Positions 1 through 11,047 of a stretch of DNA of 64,000 bases are shown here, one piece after another. The DNA lies in contig OZ240213.1 of assembly GCA_965197555.1 (NCBI GenBank), forward strand, positions 2,603,671 to 2,667,670, in the 5' to 3' direction. Each line of letters opens with the position of its first letter. Position 1 is the stretch's first letter. Origin of the DNA: Dehalococcoidia bacterium. Its GTDB lineage: Bacteria; Chloroflexota; Dehalococcoidia; Lucifugimonadales; UBA3495. Under the pieces are notes generated by a model that did no database searches, was not told where the DNA came from, and worked only from the letters and a program-made list of their open reading frames with translations. Made by a program: the position numbers and the translations under genes.

Positions 1-222
1 TACCAACGGCCTGGCCGCATTGTTGAAAACCAGAATGAGTGCGATCTGGAAAGGAGACTGGGTGATTTGGAATACGAGCAGGCTGAGGACCAGTAGCTCC
101 ATCCCTCTGGCGGTCTCACTTAACCAGCCTACATACCATAACGTTCGGAAATTGGGGATTTGAAGCACCGACAATGCGGGGATGGACCCAGTGGCTCGAC
201 GGTGAAACAACCCGGACCTCAT
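1..222 (-). CDS. MFS transporter, N-terminal part (gene continues past the left window edge)
   Basis: Own minus-strand translation from ATG at 222-220 gives MRSGLFHRRATGSIPALSVLQIPNFRTLWYVGWLSETARGMELLVLSLLVFQITQSPFQIALILVFNNAARPLV. An in-frame TGA lies immediately upstream. The FR.LW motif followed by hydrophobic helices resembles the N-terminus of the MFS at 26834-28231. It is absent from the ORF track because it is truncated by the window. Confidence 0.5.
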   Translation of the reverse strand, partial: MRSGLFHRRATGSIPALSVLQIPNFRTLWYVGWLSETARGMELLVLSLLVFQITQSPFQIALILVFNNAARPLV

Positions 223-413
223 TCAGCCTTGGTAGGGCAGTGGACGATGGTACTGCTCTACCAGGGGGACTTGGAGTAACAGAAACCAGTGCCAACATTC
301 TATATTGACAGACCCCTGGAACCGTAGTTTACTTTGTTGACCTTAGTGAGCCGATGTAGTGAAGCGCCCTGGGCTACCGGGAAACAGGGCGCAACCAGCA
401 AGGACGACAAGGT

Positions 414-1220
414 TTGGCGTCAGGTACGAATCTAAGGGTAACCACCTGGGACATAGAGCCTGGATCTCAGAGGTTTCCCCTCATCATTGCCCATCGGGGG
501 GACGTTAGCCGGGCGCCCGAGAATACCTTGCCCGCTTTTCACAAGGCCTTAATCGGGGGCGCCGACGGAATCGAGTTGGACGTTCGTCTGACTCGGGACA
601 ATCACCTGGTGGTATTCCATGACCGAAAGCTTGACCGGACCAGCGATGGCTCCGGGCTGGTGGCCCGCCGCACCCTACGCGAACTGAAGGCTTTGGACGT
701 CGGCTCGTGGTTTAGCCATGCGTTTCACGGAGAGCGGATGCCTTCCCTGGACGAGGTGTTTGAGTTACTGCCCAAGGACTTCCTCATCAACGTGGAAATG
801 AAGGTGGTTATCGATGGGATGAAGCGCATTGCCCACTTGGTGGCTGAGAACATACGCCGTCATCAGCGGTGGGCCAGCACGTTGGTCGCCAGCTTCAACC
901 CTGTGGCGCTCTACCACCTGCGGCGTGTGGAACCCCGCATACACCGAGGGTATATCTGGTCCAAGAGGCATCCATACCCAATCCGTGCCCGGTGGTTGAG
1001 TCCCTTGGTGCAAGCCCATTGGTTCGACCCGGCCAACGATACCTGTAGTCTCAAAGTGCACCGGAGTTTCAGGCGCAGAGGGTGCCGGGTGCTGGCGTGG
1101 GACGTTGACTTCGACCGCGACCTGGGCGCCATGGCTTCGGAACGGCTCGATGCCGTGGTAACCGACCACCTCGCCGACATGCTCGAGCGGAAGGACACGC
1201 TGGCCCGCCAGTTGGCTTGA
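414..1220 (+). CDS. glycerophosphodiester phosphodiesterase (GDPD family)
   Basis: 268-aa ORF. PLIIAHRGD..APENTLPAF...GADGIELDVRLTRDNHLVVFHD matches the GDPD HR..E.D catalytic signature. TTG start, exact start uncertain. Confidence 0.85.
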   Translation: MASGTNLRVTTWDIEPGSQRFPLIIAHRGDVSRAPENTLPAFHKALIGGADGIELDVRLTRDNHLVVFHDRKLDRTSDGSGLVARRTLRELKALDVGSWFSHAFHGERMPSLDEVFELLPKDFLINVEMKVVIDGMKRIAHLVAENIRRHQRWASTLVASFNPVALYHLRRVEPRIHRGYIWSKRHPYPIRARWLSPLVQAHWFDPANDTCSLKVHRSFRRRGCRVLAWDVDFDRDLGAMASERLDAVVTDHLADMLERKDTLARQLA

Positions 1221-1431
1221 TCATCCCGTTCAGCGGTCAAGAACCTACGGTCACCGGTGTCCGATTTTGCTATCGGTCCCTGCCAGGATTCAGGGATTAA
1301 CTCCTTCCCGTCTAGACGCAGTCCGGGGATCTTCAACCGAGGAGCCCACAACCGCCTCCACAAGGCACAATCCCACGCTGGATTAATTCCGTGATTGACT
1401 CCCCTCTCCGTGGTTGATCCAGGTCATACCG

Positions 1432-1460
1432 TTCAAGTTCCCAGGTTATTGTGGTATAAT
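1432..1460 (+). promoter_or_regulatory. putative sigma-70 promoter upstream of dnaG
   Basis: TTCAAG (1432-1437), 17-nt spacer, extended -10 TGgTATAAT (TATAAT at 1455-1460). It lies about 155 nt upstream of the dnaG start. Confidence 0.35.
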
Positions 1461-1616
1461 AACTTTGGCCTATTATGTCTGAAATTTAGGAAGTTACGGT
1501 AAGAGTCCCAGGCGCAACCGGAAGCGCCCAGGAACGATATATCTAAGGGTTGAGGGGTAGCCCACGGAGCAATCAACGGTCATCCGAGAGGAGTTTTTCG
1601 GAAGGGAAGGCGGTAA

Positions 1617-3446
1617 ATGACGGTCGTTGACGACGTCAAAAGCCGACTGGATATCCAAGAGGTCATCTCGCGATATTCGCCATTGTCCCGCTCGGGGCGC
1701 GGCTACAAAGCGAACTGTCCTTTCCACCAGGAGAGGACACCTTCTTTCTACGTGTTTCCAGATCGCCAAACTTGGCGATGTTTTGGCGCCTGCGCCACCG
1801 GGGGCGACGTCTTCTCCTTCGTGATGAGGGTCGAAAATCTTGACTTTAGTGAAACCCTCAAGCGATTGGCTCAAGAGGTTGGAGTCGCAACGTCCACCCG
1901 AGAAAATAGTTCGGAGCAGCAGACGTCTTTCGAGGTGAATGAAGCGGCCTGCCGATACTTCCAGGATTTGCTGGGTTCGAGTCCTGGCGTGGAGGCCCGC
2001 CGTTACATGGAAAACCGGGGATTGGACCGGGGCATAATAGAGCGCTTTGAGTTGGGTGTTAGCCCCCAAGACGGCCAATCGTTGGCTAAACATTTGTCAA
2101 AGGTGGGCTACACCCCGCAGCAGCAAGCCTCGGCCGGCGTAGTCCGGACCACGGACAGCGGACAAATCCGGGACCTATTTCGTGGTCGGCTGATGATCCC
2201 CATAAGAGACGGCCAAGCGCGTCTGGCGGGTTTCGGTGGACGGGCGTTGGACGACTCCACACCCAAGTATCTTAACTCCCCGCGCGGGCCGGTGTTTGAT
2301 AAAGGGCGTCTCCTTTATGCTTATCATCTGGCTCGGAGTAACGCGCCTCGGGATGGGGCAGTAATCGTAGAGGGTTACATGGATGCCATTGCGGCGTATC
2401 AGCACGGCTTTGACAATGTCGTGGCTTCAATGGGCACGGCTCTAACCGAGCACCAAGTGGCAGAGATAAGACGTTTGACTAACAGGGTCACCATGGCGCT
2501 AGACCCGGATGCTGCCGGACGGCAGGCCACCCTCAGAAGCCTGGAGTCCTCTTGGAGAGTATTTCAAACCCAGGTGGCGGGCCGAGCGCAGGGGACCACT
2601 CTTTTTCAACGGCAGGATATGCCAGACCTCAGGATTGCGGTGCTGCCAAGCGGATTGGACCCCGATGCCCTCATCCGCCAGTCTACAGAAGAGTGGTCGC
2701 GCATAATCGAAGGGGCTGTTCCCCTTTTGGAGTATTTGTTTGACGCTCTTTCAGCCCAGGTGGACTCAAGTACACCCCAGGGCAAAGCGAGGCTTGTGGA
2801 GTTCCTGTTTCCGATGATCGCTGCGGTCTCGGAGCCCACCGTACAAGACCATTATTTCCAACTATTGGCGGACCAGTTGGGAGTTACCCAGGAGACACTA
2901 AGAGCGACAGTGGGAAGACCTTCGGCTGCTGGACCTAGACGGGCCGCAAGGGCGGCAAACCGGACGGTGACGGCTTCACCTTTTGCCAGGATGGACCATG
3001 ACCCTTTGGAAGAATATTGTTTGACTCTGTTGTTCAAGTATCCAGAGCTACAAGGATCTGAAGAGGAACTTCGACCAGAGTATTTTCAAAGGTTGGAAAA
3101 TCGGGAAGTGTTCAACCAATGGTGCAAGGTCGCCGTGGAGGGTGACAACGAGGACTCTTTGCTGGCCCTCCGCCAACGCATCGAAGAGCACTTGCAGGAC
3201 CATCTGGGCGCGCTGCTAAACAAGGAAATTCCGCCTCTGGACTCCCGCCAGAGAACGCCCGCGTTCTTGGATGGAGTCCGCCGTTTGGAGGAGCGGTACT
3301 TACGGGAACTAAAGACCGAGGAAGAGATACGGTTTGGTGACGCCGAGGCGGATATTCCCGAGGAAACCTACCAGGCAGCACTGCAAGTTAATCAACGTAT
3401 TAAGACGAATCAAGCCAAGCGTGGAATTAAAGTCGGAGATTTGTAA
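1617..3446 (+). CDS. dnaG: DNA primase
   Basis: 609 aa. CHC2 zinc finger [41 protein letters not shown] region [29 protein letters not shown] and [22 protein letters not shown] upstream of the ATG. Confidence 0.95.
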   Translation: MTVVDDVKSRLDIQEVISRYSPLSRSGRGYKANCPFHQERTPSFYVFPDRQTWRCFGACATGGDVFSFVMRVENLDFSETLKRLAQEVGVATSTRENSSEQQTSFEVNEAACRYFQDLLGSSPGVEARRYMENRGLDRGIIERFELGVSPQDGQSLAKHLSKVGYTPQQQASAGVVRTTDSGQIRDLFRGRLMIPIRDGQARLAGFGGRALDDSTPKYLNSPRGPVFDKGRLLYAYHLARSNAPRDGAVIVEGYMDAIAAYQHGFDNVVASMGTALTEHQVAEIRRLTNRVTMALDPDAAGRQATLRSLESSWRVFQTQVAGRAQGTTLFQRQDMPDLRIAVLPSGLDPDALIRQSTEEWSRIIEGAVPLLEYLFDALSAQVDSSTPQGKARLVEFLFPMIAAVSEPTVQDHYFQLLADQLGVTQETLRATVGRPSAAGPRRAARAANRTVTASPFARMDHDPLEEYCLTLLFKYPELQGSEEELRPEYFQRLENREVFNQWCKVAVEGDNEDSLLALRQRIEEHLQDHLGALLNKEIPPLDSRQRTPAFLDGVRRLEERYLRELKTEEEIRFGDAEADIPEETYQAALQVNQRIKTNQAKRGIKVGDL

Positions 3447-3463
3447 GACAGAGGTCGGAAAAT

Positions 3464-5047
3464 ATGGCAAGGCGTGAAAACGGTCGAGAACTCAACCCCG
3501 AGGACTACCTCGACGTCAAGGTTGACGAGGATGATACCGGGGATAACCTGCTGGAGATCATCAGGGGTGTCAAGGGAACCCAGGCAGAGGAGGAGTCTAT
3601 GGTTGGCTCCGATAACGCCACCGAAGGTGCCGCTCCCCTGACCACGGCACCCGCTGAAGAACAGTGGGACGAGTCCGGACCGGAGGATAAGGCTCAGGAA
3701 TCGGCAGAGGAGGGGACCGGTGATGCCGACAGCGAAGAGCTTGAGTGGGAGCCTGAGGCGGAATCTATGGAGGTCCTTGATGACCCAGTCCGCATGTATT
3801 TGCGGGAGATTGGCCGTGTCCGCTTGCTCACCTCCCGTGACGAAAGAGTCTTAGCCCGGAAAATAGAGGGTGGCAAACACTTGGATGGGCTGGAAAAAGA
3901 ACTTAGCGAGCTGGAAGGCCGCCGGCCCAGGCCCTGCGAGGTCACCTTCGGCTTGTTGCGGCGGATGGTTAAAGCCTCCCCTCTAGTTGCGGCCTTGGGC
4001 GAGCAACTGGAGCTACCGTCTCACCTGACACTGTCTCAGGTGGCTGACAATTCCACGTTACGGGACGCCATCGACGCCGAGGTTTCTCCGGACCTGTTGG
4101 CGGCAGTTGGCGAGGTGTTGGAAGAGGCGCCGGAGGACGTCTACAGCCAGGTGATAGGTCTGTCATTGACCAGTTGGCTCTTACCGACTGCAGCCATCGA
4201 TGTATTGCACGACCCAGTGTTGGACGAGTTGGATTCAGTCCTCAGCGAGCCGGGAAGCTACTCAGAACTCCAGAGGCTGGACCCGCTGTTACGTGTCCAT
4301 TTTTATCGCGTCGAAGCTGACAGTGATGGGGCTCAGGCTCACCTCACGGAAGCCAACCTAAGGCTGGTGGTGAGCGTGGCCAAGAAGTACATTGGTCGGG
4401 GTATGGCTCTTCTGGATATGATCCAGGAGGGCAACATTGGACTGATCCGTGCAGTGGAGAAATTCGACTATAGAAAGGGCTACAAATTCAGCACCTACGC
4501 CACATGGTGGATCAGGCAGGCCATCACCAGGGCCATCGCCGACCAAGCCCGGACCATTCGGATACCGGTGCATATGGTTGAGACTATCAACAAGCTCATG
4601 CGGCAACACAGACGGTTGCTTCAAGAGTACGGCAGGGAGCCCACCCCCGAAGAGATTGGCTTTGCTATGGAGATCGGGCCCGAGAAGGTTGAAGAGATCC
4701 TGAAGATATCTCAAGAGCCGGTATCATTGGAAACACCCATCGGAGAGGAAGAGGACTCCCACCTGGGGGACTTTATCGAAGACCGGAATGCGCCGGCGCC
4801 CGCCGATGCGGCGTCATTCCAGCTTCTGAAGGAACAGGTGGACGAGGTGCTGCACACTCTTACCGATCGGGAGGCCAGGGTGCTGCAACTGAGATTCGGC
4901 CTTGAAGATGGACGAAGCCGCACCCTGGAGGAAGTCGGTCGTGAGTTTGGCGTGACCCGCGAACGGATTCGCCAAATAGAGGCCAAGGCTCTTCGAAAGC
5001 TCCGGCACCCCACCCGCTCCCGCAAACTCAAGGATTTCCTCGAGTAG
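3464..5047 (+). CDS. rpoD: RNA polymerase primary sigma factor (sigma-70)
   Basis: 527 aa. Region 2 is [52 protein letters not shown]. Region 4 is [30 protein letters not shown]. Acidic N-terminal region. Starts 18 nt after the dnaG stop. Confidence 0.95.
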   Translation: MARRENGRELNPEDYLDVKVDEDDTGDNLLEIIRGVKGTQAEEESMVGSDNATEGAAPLTTAPAEEQWDESGPEDKAQESAEEGTGDADSEELEWEPEAESMEVLDDPVRMYLREIGRVRLLTSRDERVLARKIEGGKHLDGLEKELSELEGRRPRPCEVTFGLLRRMVKASPLVAALGEQLELPSHLTLSQVADNSTLRDAIDAEVSPDLLAAVGEVLEEAPEDVYSQVIGLSLTSWLLPTAAIDVLHDPVLDELDSVLSEPGSYSELQRLDPLLRVHFYRVEADSDGAQAHLTEANLRLVVSVAKKYIGRGMALLDMIQEGNIGLIRAVEKFDYRKGYKFSTYATWWIRQAITRAIADQARTIRIPVHMVETINKLMRQHRRLLQEYGREPTPEEIGFAMEIGPEKVEEILKISQEPVSLETPIGEEEDSHLGDFIEDRNAPAPADAASFQLLKEQVDEVLHTLTDREARVLQLRFGLEDGRSRTLEEVGREFGVTRERIRQIEAKALRKLRHPTRSRKLKDFLE

Positions 5048-5193
5048 TTACGGAACGCCAGCCAGAGACTTGTCAAGCCGGTTCCGGCCGAAAGGCCAAG
5101 TGCCCCTTGTTCAAAGTCGTTCATGCCGGATTCGTATTTCCTTGTATCTAGGAAATTGCGAGTGATATACTCGGCCCGAATACACCATGGGAG

Positions 5194-5418
5194 GTGGGTT
5201 ACGTGGAAGAATTGGTAATCCCCAAATGTTTGAAGTGCGACGTTGGCCAATTGGTCCCGTTGTCCGACTATGGAGGCCAAGGCGCATCAGTACACTACAA
5301 AGCCTGGGTTTGCATCAATCCTAGCTGCGGTTTCAACCTCAAGATCCGTAACGGGGACATCTACTTGAACGAACCAATCACCCCCGGTGGCATGGTACCC
5401 CCCCGAGTCAGGTCATGA
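5194..5418 (+). CDS. hypothetical zinc-ribbon miniprotein
   Basis: 74-aa ORF with CLKC ... CINPSC (CxxC-x31-CxxxxC). A GGGAGGTGGG RBS-like run overlaps the GTG at 5194, so the GTG at 5203 is the more likely start. No family recognised. Confidence 0.45.
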   Translation: MGYVEELVIPKCLKCDVGQLVPLSDYGGQGASVHYKAWVCINPSCGFNLKIRNGDIYLNEPITPGGMVPPRVRS

Positions 5419-5558
5419 CGCTGTACTTAGTCCCCGTGGGCTGAGCTCCTCTATTATCCCCTCTTGAAATCAGCGGGTTGTGGAGAAGGTGTGTGCAGCG
5501 GCTACCGCAGGTTTAAGACCATTGCGACTTCCGTTCATTTCAGAACAAAGGAGGTGGT

Positions 5559-6527
5559 ATGGAAGCCGGCTATGACTACTTGCTGCTTCGCGGGTGCCCG
5601 CAGCCAAACTTGTTTCGGTCCCTAGGAGTTTTTGTTCTTCTTTTTGGCGCGGTGCTGCTGGCAACCAGCGGAGCATACTTTGGTTATGCGACGAATGCGA
5701 GAGCCGATCTAAAGGACCTAAATGCAGCGGTCTCAGATCCATATGAAGGTATGGGTCTGTTCGCTCCCTATCACACATCGGAATCTCCGGACCGGGTCCG
5801 GGGTTCCACGGTCCTAGACGAGCCCGGCGCTGGCTGGCTCCCCTTCGACGTATCTGGACAACGTGGCAATACAAGCTCACCGGTTCCGGTGGCCAGGCTC
5901 ATTCCTGGTTTCTCCTCATCTGCCATAGCTAGTCATCACTTGTATCCTGGGGAATCGTTACCGGCCTCATTTTGGAGTAACCCTCAGGCCTTTGAGCCCC
6001 TTGACTACCAACTGCGGGTCCTGCTAGCTGGGTTCACACCCATCGAGTCGGCGGGCACACTGCTTAATGAAGCAACCCCCGCCGCTACCAGGATCGTCGT
6101 GCCGTCCATCGGGATCGATTCCAACGTTGTGGAGCTCGCCATCAAGGACCTGGGAGGCAGCCGGGCCTATGAGACCCCCGCTAATGCCGTTGGGCACATC
6201 CCCGAGACCGCCGACGCCGGAGAGGGCCGCAGCGCATGGTTCTTCGGCCACACTGAGAGCCCTACTCTAGGAGAAGGGTCGGTATTCTTCAATCTAGGTA
6301 AGATCCCGGAACGGCTAAGAGCCGGTGAGGACGTCTACATAATCACCGACAATGGGCACCATCAGTTCTTATACCGTGTTGTCTCCACGGCGGTCGTCCA
6401 CCAGAATGACATGCGCTTGTACGACACCGGGGTGGCTTCAATCCACTTGGTATCCTGTGTGCCTCGGTTGGTCTATGACCACCGCCTAGTCGTCACCGGT
6501 GAGCTCATCGCTCGAAAGACTCTCTAG
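5559..6527 (+). CDS. sortase family transpeptidase
   Basis: 322 aa. N-terminal TM helix (VFVLLFGAVLLATSGAYFGY), conserved His (WFFGHTESP), catalytic Cys in IHLVSCVP (TLxTC-like) and a downstream Arg (LIARK). Confidence 0.8.
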   Translation: MEAGYDYLLLRGCPQPNLFRSLGVFVLLFGAVLLATSGAYFGYATNARADLKDLNAAVSDPYEGMGLFAPYHTSESPDRVRGSTVLDEPGAGWLPFDVSGQRGNTSSPVPVARLIPGFSSSAIASHHLYPGESLPASFWSNPQAFEPLDYQLRVLLAGFTPIESAGTLLNEATPAATRIVVPSIGIDSNVVELAIKDLGGSRAYETPANAVGHIPETADAGEGRSAWFFGHTESPTLGEGSVFFNLGKIPERLRAGEDVYIITDNGHHQFLYRVVSTAVVHQNDMRLYDTGVASIHLVSCVPRLVYDHRLVVTGELIARKTL

Positions 6528-6555
6528 CTTCAGGTGTTGTTGGCTGAATAGTAAC

Positions 6556-6578
6556 GGCCCCGCTGGCTCAGCGGGGCC
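6556..6578. terminator. bidirectional hairpin between convergent sortase and CBS/CorC genes
   Basis: Perfect 10-bp GC-rich stem GGCCCCGCTG/CAGCGGGGCC with 3-nt loop. The flanking T-tracts are weak on both strands. Confidence 0.5.
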
Positions 6579-6617
6579 GATTGTTGTCAACCAATCGACT
6601 CGATGGGTTATCTCACC

Positions 6618-7865
6618 TTAGCCGGCTGAAGTGGCCCCGTTGCTACTGCTCGGTGTAATTCTCAGCTTCCGCAGCCTGCGCCCGAGAATGGACACCACCT
6701 CGATTCGCAAATGGTCCGTGACCACCACGTCCCCTGCCTGCGGAATCTTGCCCAGGGACTGGTATACATAACCACCCACGGTGTCCACATCGGGGCTGTC
6801 CAAACGGGTGGCGAAAAGCTCTTCCACCTCCTGGGTAGTGACCCCGGCGTCTACCAACACTGCACCGTCTGACAGAGAAATTATCTGGGATTCATTAGTC
6901 CGGGAGAATTCGTCTTCGATCTCCCCAACGATCTCTTCCAGCACGTCCTCTATGGTCAACAGACCCTCGGTCCCTCCGTATTCGTCGACGATTATGGCCA
7001 TCTGGTTCCCTTTTTCCTGGAGTTCCTCCAGCAGGTCGTCCAACCGCTTGGTCTCGGGGATCATAAATGCAGGCCGCACCAACTCCCTCAAGGTCTTTTG
7101 TTGGTCGCCTTGGACCAAGGTCGCCAACACCTCTCGCGAGTGCACGATTCCGAGAATGTGGTCTATCGACTCCTCATACACGGGCAGCCGACTGTGCCCG
7201 CCCTCGATCATCAGCTCGGCTACTTGAACAATGCCTGCGTCCACCTCCACGGCGGCGATGTCCAAGCGAGGGACCATAATCTCCCTGGCGGTCATCACGT
7301 CCAACCGTACGATGGATCGGAGCATCTCTCGGTCGCGGTCATCCAGGGTGCCCAACTCTGCAGGGGTGATGACCGGTTGCATTGGTAGAGGATGGTCTTC
7401 CAGCGTTAGCTCGTCTCCTCCATTAGCGTTGGAGCTGGCGAGCTCGTCTCGGTTGGCCGGGAAACCGTCGGTTGATGTTCCGGAGAAGCAGCGTGGTATG
7501 AATCGGCGCCAGAAGAACCTCCACCCGGGGCGGCGGGATGTAATCCTGGCTAGCGCGAGGTCTGCTCCCGCCAAGAAGACAAGTAGTCCCAAAGCCAGCA
7601 ACGCGGCGGGCCACCACTGAACGGTACCGGTGCTGTGGACCAACGCCAGACCAGATATAGCAACCGCAATCACCGAACCATGCCTGAGCCATGAGAGAAC
7701 AAGGAGGCTGTGATCGTGTCGCTGGTTGGCGCCAAATCTGTCAGTCGGAGCGGCCCTAATGTGGTGGGCCAAACTCAAGTAGGAGAACAAAAGGAGGGAA
7801 ACAACAAATACCAGGGCTGATGGTAAGCTGTCTGTTTCCAAAATCCCTACCCTCCTGGATGACAA
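6618..7865 (-). CDS. CBS-pair / CorC_HlyC domain membrane protein (CNNM/TlyC-like)
   Basis: 415 aa. Hydrophobic N-terminus, then MLRSIVRLDVMTAREIMVPRLDI..., two CBS motifs, and the C-terminal transporter-associated domain (TVGGYVYQSLGKIPQAGDVV...LRIEVVSILGRRLRKLRI). The start is ambiguous. A TTG at 7841 preceded by AGGAGGG is an alternative. Confidence 0.85.
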   Translation of the reverse strand: MSSRRVGILETDSLPSALVFVVSLLLFSYLSLAHHIRAAPTDRFGANQRHDHSLLVLSWLRHGSVIAVAISGLALVHSTGTVQWWPAALLALGLLVFLAGADLALARITSRRPGWRFFWRRFIPRCFSGTSTDGFPANRDELASSNANGGDELTLEDHPLPMQPVITPAELGTLDDRDREMLRSIVRLDVMTAREIMVPRLDIAAVEVDAGIVQVAELMIEGGHSRLPVYEESIDHILGIVHSREVLATLVQGDQQKTLRELVRPAFMIPETKRLDDLLEELQEKGNQMAIIVDEYGGTEGLLTIEDVLEEIVGEIEDEFSRTNESQIISLSDGAVLVDAGVTTQEVEELFATRLDSPDVDTVGGYVYQSLGKIPQAGDVVVTDHLRIEVVSILGRRLRKLRITPSSSNGATSAG

Positions 7866-7903
7866 TCACCCAGAGGGGCTAGTATTCGTCCACTCCAAAG
7901 GAA

Positions 7904-9256
7904 TCAGTTTGCTTTTCTATCCCTTATTTTAGCAGGAACGCCAACCGCCAGTCTACCCGGAGGTACGTCTTTGGTGACCACTGAGCCTGCACCAGTGACG
8001 GCGTGAGCGCCCAGGGTAACAGGGGCGATGAACATGGTGTCACACCCCACGAACGCCCCATCCTCAATGACGGTGCGGTGCTTGTCCTTGCCGTCGTAGT
8101 TGCAAGTAATCATGCCGGCTCCCAGGTTTACGTTCGCTCCTACCGAGGCATCTCCCACGTAGCCGAAGTGACCCATGACCGCGCCGGCCGAGAACCGGCT
8201 TTCTTTTATCTCAGCAAAGTTACCGATGTGGACGCCCGATTCCAGGTAGGCACCGGGGCGAAGATGGCTGAATGGGCCCAGGTCCACGTTCTCTTCCATG
8301 GTGGCCTCTTCCACCATGGAAGCTGTAGCGCGGCAATTACTACCTATAGTCGAATCGCGAATGATCGAACTTGGCCCAATCTCACAGGCCTCACCGATGG
8401 TGGTGTGTCCCAACAGCATTGTGTTTGGCAGTATCATGGTGTCCGGTCCGATGCTAACGTCAGCGTCTATGTAGACTGAGGTGGGGTCTAACATGGTTAC
8501 CCCTGCCAGCATCCAATGCTCGCGAATTCGTTGGCGTTGGCCCGCCTCCGCGTTCGCCAACTGAATCCTGTCGTTGACTCCTTGAACCTCCCTGCAATCG
8601 TCGGCTGATACGGGACGGATTTTACTGTTTCTCACTGCGCCGATAGGAGCCAGGGAGGTTAGATAGCGCTCTCCAGTACGGCTGGGTTCTATGCGGCCCA
8701 GGTTTTCCAAAAGCCAGGCCGCAGAGAAACAGTACACGCCTCCGTTGACTTCCCCGGGACCCTCGCTGGAAGCAGTGCGATCCGACGCCTCGACAATGTC
8801 CACCACCAGCCCCTGATCGTTCCTCCGGATTAGGCCCAGGTCTTCCGGCGAGCCAACTTCTGCTGTCAGTACCGTCATGTCGTCGGAATGGGAGAGGTGG
8901 GACTTCATCATCCGTGCCACTGTTTCAGGACTGATCAGCGGTGTATCGGTTCCCATCACCAGGAGGTTGTCCACTTGATCTCGGAGCAAATCGGCGGCTA
9001 GGGCCACAGCATCCGCTGTGCCGGTTACTCGAGGCTGTACGACGTACTCGACTTGGTCGCCCAATAGCTCTTTGATGGGCTCTTTGTTGGCAGGCGATAC
9101 CACTACAATGGTCCTCCCGACACCCAGGTACTGCATCAACTCGATGGGATAGCGGATCATCTCCTTGCCGCACACCCTGTGGAGTGGCTTGGGAATCTGG
9201 GATTTCAATCTTGAGCCCTGCCCGGCTGCTAGTATTACTCCAGCCCACTGATCCAT
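7904..9256 (-). CDS. glmU: bifunctional UDP-N-acetylglucosamine pyrophosphorylase / glucosamine-1-phosphate N-acetyltransferase
   Basis: The ORF-track ORF is 541 aa. Homology starts at MDQWAGVILAAGQGSRLKS (ATG at 9256, RBS GAGGTG). C-terminal left-handed beta-helix hexapeptide repeats are present. The 91 upstream codons look non-coding. Confidence 0.9.
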   Translation of the reverse strand: MDQWAGVILAAGQGSRLKSQIPKPLHRVCGKEMIRYPIELMQYLGVGRTIVVVSPANKEPIKELLGDQVEYVVQPRVTGTADAVALAADLLRDQVDNLLVMGTDTPLISPETVARMMKSHLSHSDDMTVLTAEVGSPEDLGLIRRNDQGLVVDIVEASDRTASSEGPGEVNGGVYCFSAAWLLENLGRIEPSRTGERYLTSLAPIGAVRNSKIRPVSADDCREVQGVNDRIQLANAEAGQRQRIREHWMLAGVTMLDPTSVYIDADVSIGPDTMILPNTMLLGHTTIGEACEIGPSSIIRDSTIGSNCRATASMVEEATMEENVDLGPFSHLRPGAYLESGVHIGNFAEIKESRFSAGAVMGHFGYVGDASVGANVNLGAGMITCNYDGKDKHRTVIEDGAFVGCDTMFIAPVTLGAHAVTGAGSVVTKDVPPGRLAVGVPAKIRDRKAN

Positions 9257-9371
9257 GGTGACACCTCTCGCGCCAGCGCGCTTGTTGCTAACTTGGGTCT
9301 GCAGCAAGCTCACCCTTGGGGTAGAGATGCCGCAATCGCCGCGACTCATAGCAAACGATTCGTCATGTGCA

Positions 9372-9400
9372 ATTATACCAGCGGACTGAAACGGGCTTAA
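9372..9400 (-). promoter_or_regulatory. putative sigma-70 promoter for glmU
   Basis: Minus strand reads TTAAGC, 17-nt spacer, TGgTATAAT (-10 at 9377-9372). This would give a leader of about 105 nt. Confidence 0.3.
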
Positions 9401-9586
9401 TCTAGAAGAGATAAAGAACCTCCCGACCGTGGTGACCGGAGACCCGGAGTAACAACACAGTCCCCCTTCCGGTAGGCCGAATGGTGCCGTTCCCCGGCTC
9501 ACGTTGACAAGCCCCAGCGGCGGCGGCACAATGGGCCTCGCTACCTGGCCAGGAATAAATCAGACTCTAGGTTGGAGTGTGGTCCC

Positions 9587-11002
9587 ATGGGCCCAACGGA
9601 GATTCCCTTCCTTTCCGCTAGTGAGTTATCGGCCTTGCTGAAGTCTCGGGCGGTGTCGCCGGTGGAAGCGACGGAGGCTTACCTGGCGCGCATCGACCAA
9701 CTGGACGGACAGCTAAACTCCTACATTACCGTGACCCGTGACGATGCCATGGAGCAAGCCCGGCGGGCGGAATCGGAGATTGTCAACGGTGAAAATCGAG
9801 GCCCGTTACACGGCGTCCCAGTGGCGGTCAAAGACCAGTTTTACACCAAGGGAGTCCGCACCACCGGCGGCTCCTCCATCTTGAAAGATTTTGTACCTGA
9901 CGAAGATGCCACCGTTATCGCTAAACTGAAGATGGCCGGAGCGGTATTACTGGGGAAGCTCAACATGAGCGAGTTCGCTATGGGTGACGCGTTCCATCAT
10001 CCCTACGGCCAGCCTCGCAATCCTTGGGACCAGTCCAGGAATCCTGGTACCTCCAGTAGCGGCTCCGGCGCTGCTACTGCCGCATTCTTGTGCGCCACCT
10101 CGTTGGGCGAGGATACGGGTGGCTCGATACGGGGTCCCGCGTCCTTCTGTGGCCTGGTAGGCATTCGCCCTACTTGGGGTAGAGTCAGCCGCTACGGTAT
10201 GTTGGGAGGTTCCTGGTCCATGGATACCGCGGGACCTATCTCCAGGACCACTGTCGATTGCGCGATGACATTAGCCGCCATCGCTGGTTACGACTCCAAA
10301 GACCGCTACACTTGGAATGCACCAGTACCGGACTATGTGGCGGCCCTCGACGGCGATGTGAGGGGCTTGAAGGTGGGTGTGATCCAGGAGATGGTCAACT
10401 CGAGCGCGGTTGACCCTGAGGTTCGAGATGCGATCATCGAGAGCACTGCGGTCTTCGGCGAGTTGGGGGCCGAAGTTGAGGACGTCTCTATACCACTGAT
10501 CGTCCACTCGTCGGTGATCTCCACTTCGGTCATTCTGGTGGACGCCGTGGGGGTGCACCAAGAAGGCATTAACAACTACCTTGATCAATACGACCATAAC
10601 ATCCAAATCAGGCTAATGACGGGGAGCGTGTTCCCTAGCCAAGTCCACCAGAAAGTGCTGCGATTGCGGCAACTGCTTCGTGAGCAAATTCTGGCGGCCT
10701 TACGCCAAGTGGATGTGCTGGTGATGCCAACTTCGTCGATTCCGGCGTCGCCCCTTCCAACCAAAGCGGGTATCGAGAGCAAGGAGCAGGTGACAGAGAA
10801 TCTTTACGGACGCCGGAACTTCACCGCCCCGTTTAACCTGGCCAGCGTTCCGGCACTTTCCATAAACTGCGGATTCACCTCCAACGGCCTACCCGTTGGG
10901 CTTCAAATCGCAGGACGACCCTTTGATGAGGAAAGCCTGTTCCGTTTGGCTCACTCCTATGAGCAGGCTACCGATTGGCATTCCCGCAGGCCCCCGATAT
11001 AG
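9587..11002 (+). CDS. amidase (amidase-signature family, GatA-like)
   Basis: HGVPVAVKDQF (catalytic Lys), PGTSSSGSGAATAA (GSS.GS signature) and GGSIRGPASFCG. ATG at 9587 preceded by GGAG. The ORF track starts at the TTG at 9572. Confidence 0.85.
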   Translation: MGPTEIPFLSASELSALLKSRAVSPVEATEAYLARIDQLDGQLNSYITVTRDDAMEQARRAESEIVNGENRGPLHGVPVAVKDQFYTKGVRTTGGSSILKDFVPDEDATVIAKLKMAGAVLLGKLNMSEFAMGDAFHHPYGQPRNPWDQSRNPGTSSSGSGAATAAFLCATSLGEDTGGSIRGPASFCGLVGIRPTWGRVSRYGMLGGSWSMDTAGPISRTTVDCAMTLAAIAGYDSKDRYTWNAPVPDYVAALDGDVRGLKVGVIQEMVNSSAVDPEVRDAIIESTAVFGELGAEVEDVSIPLIVHSSVISTSVILVDAVGVHQEGINNYLDQYDHNIQIRLMTGSVFPSQVHQKVLRLRQLLREQILAALRQVDVLVMPTSSIPASPLPTKAGIESKEQVTENLYGRRNFTAPFNLASVPALSINCGFTSNGLPVGLQIAGRPFDEESLFRLAHSYEQATDWHSRRPPI

Positions 11003-11047
11003 CTGATGGCTGCCTGCTGATTGCTAGCACAAAAGGAGGAATCGTAC

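Noticed and set aside
9257-9529. 91-codon N-terminal extension of the glmU ORF (541 aa in the ORF track)
   Set aside because: Homology to GlmU begins at MDQWAGVILAAGQGSRL (ATG 9256), which has a GAGGTG RBS. The extension has odd composition and contains a good TGgTATAAT promoter for glmU, so it is most likely a 5-prime leader.
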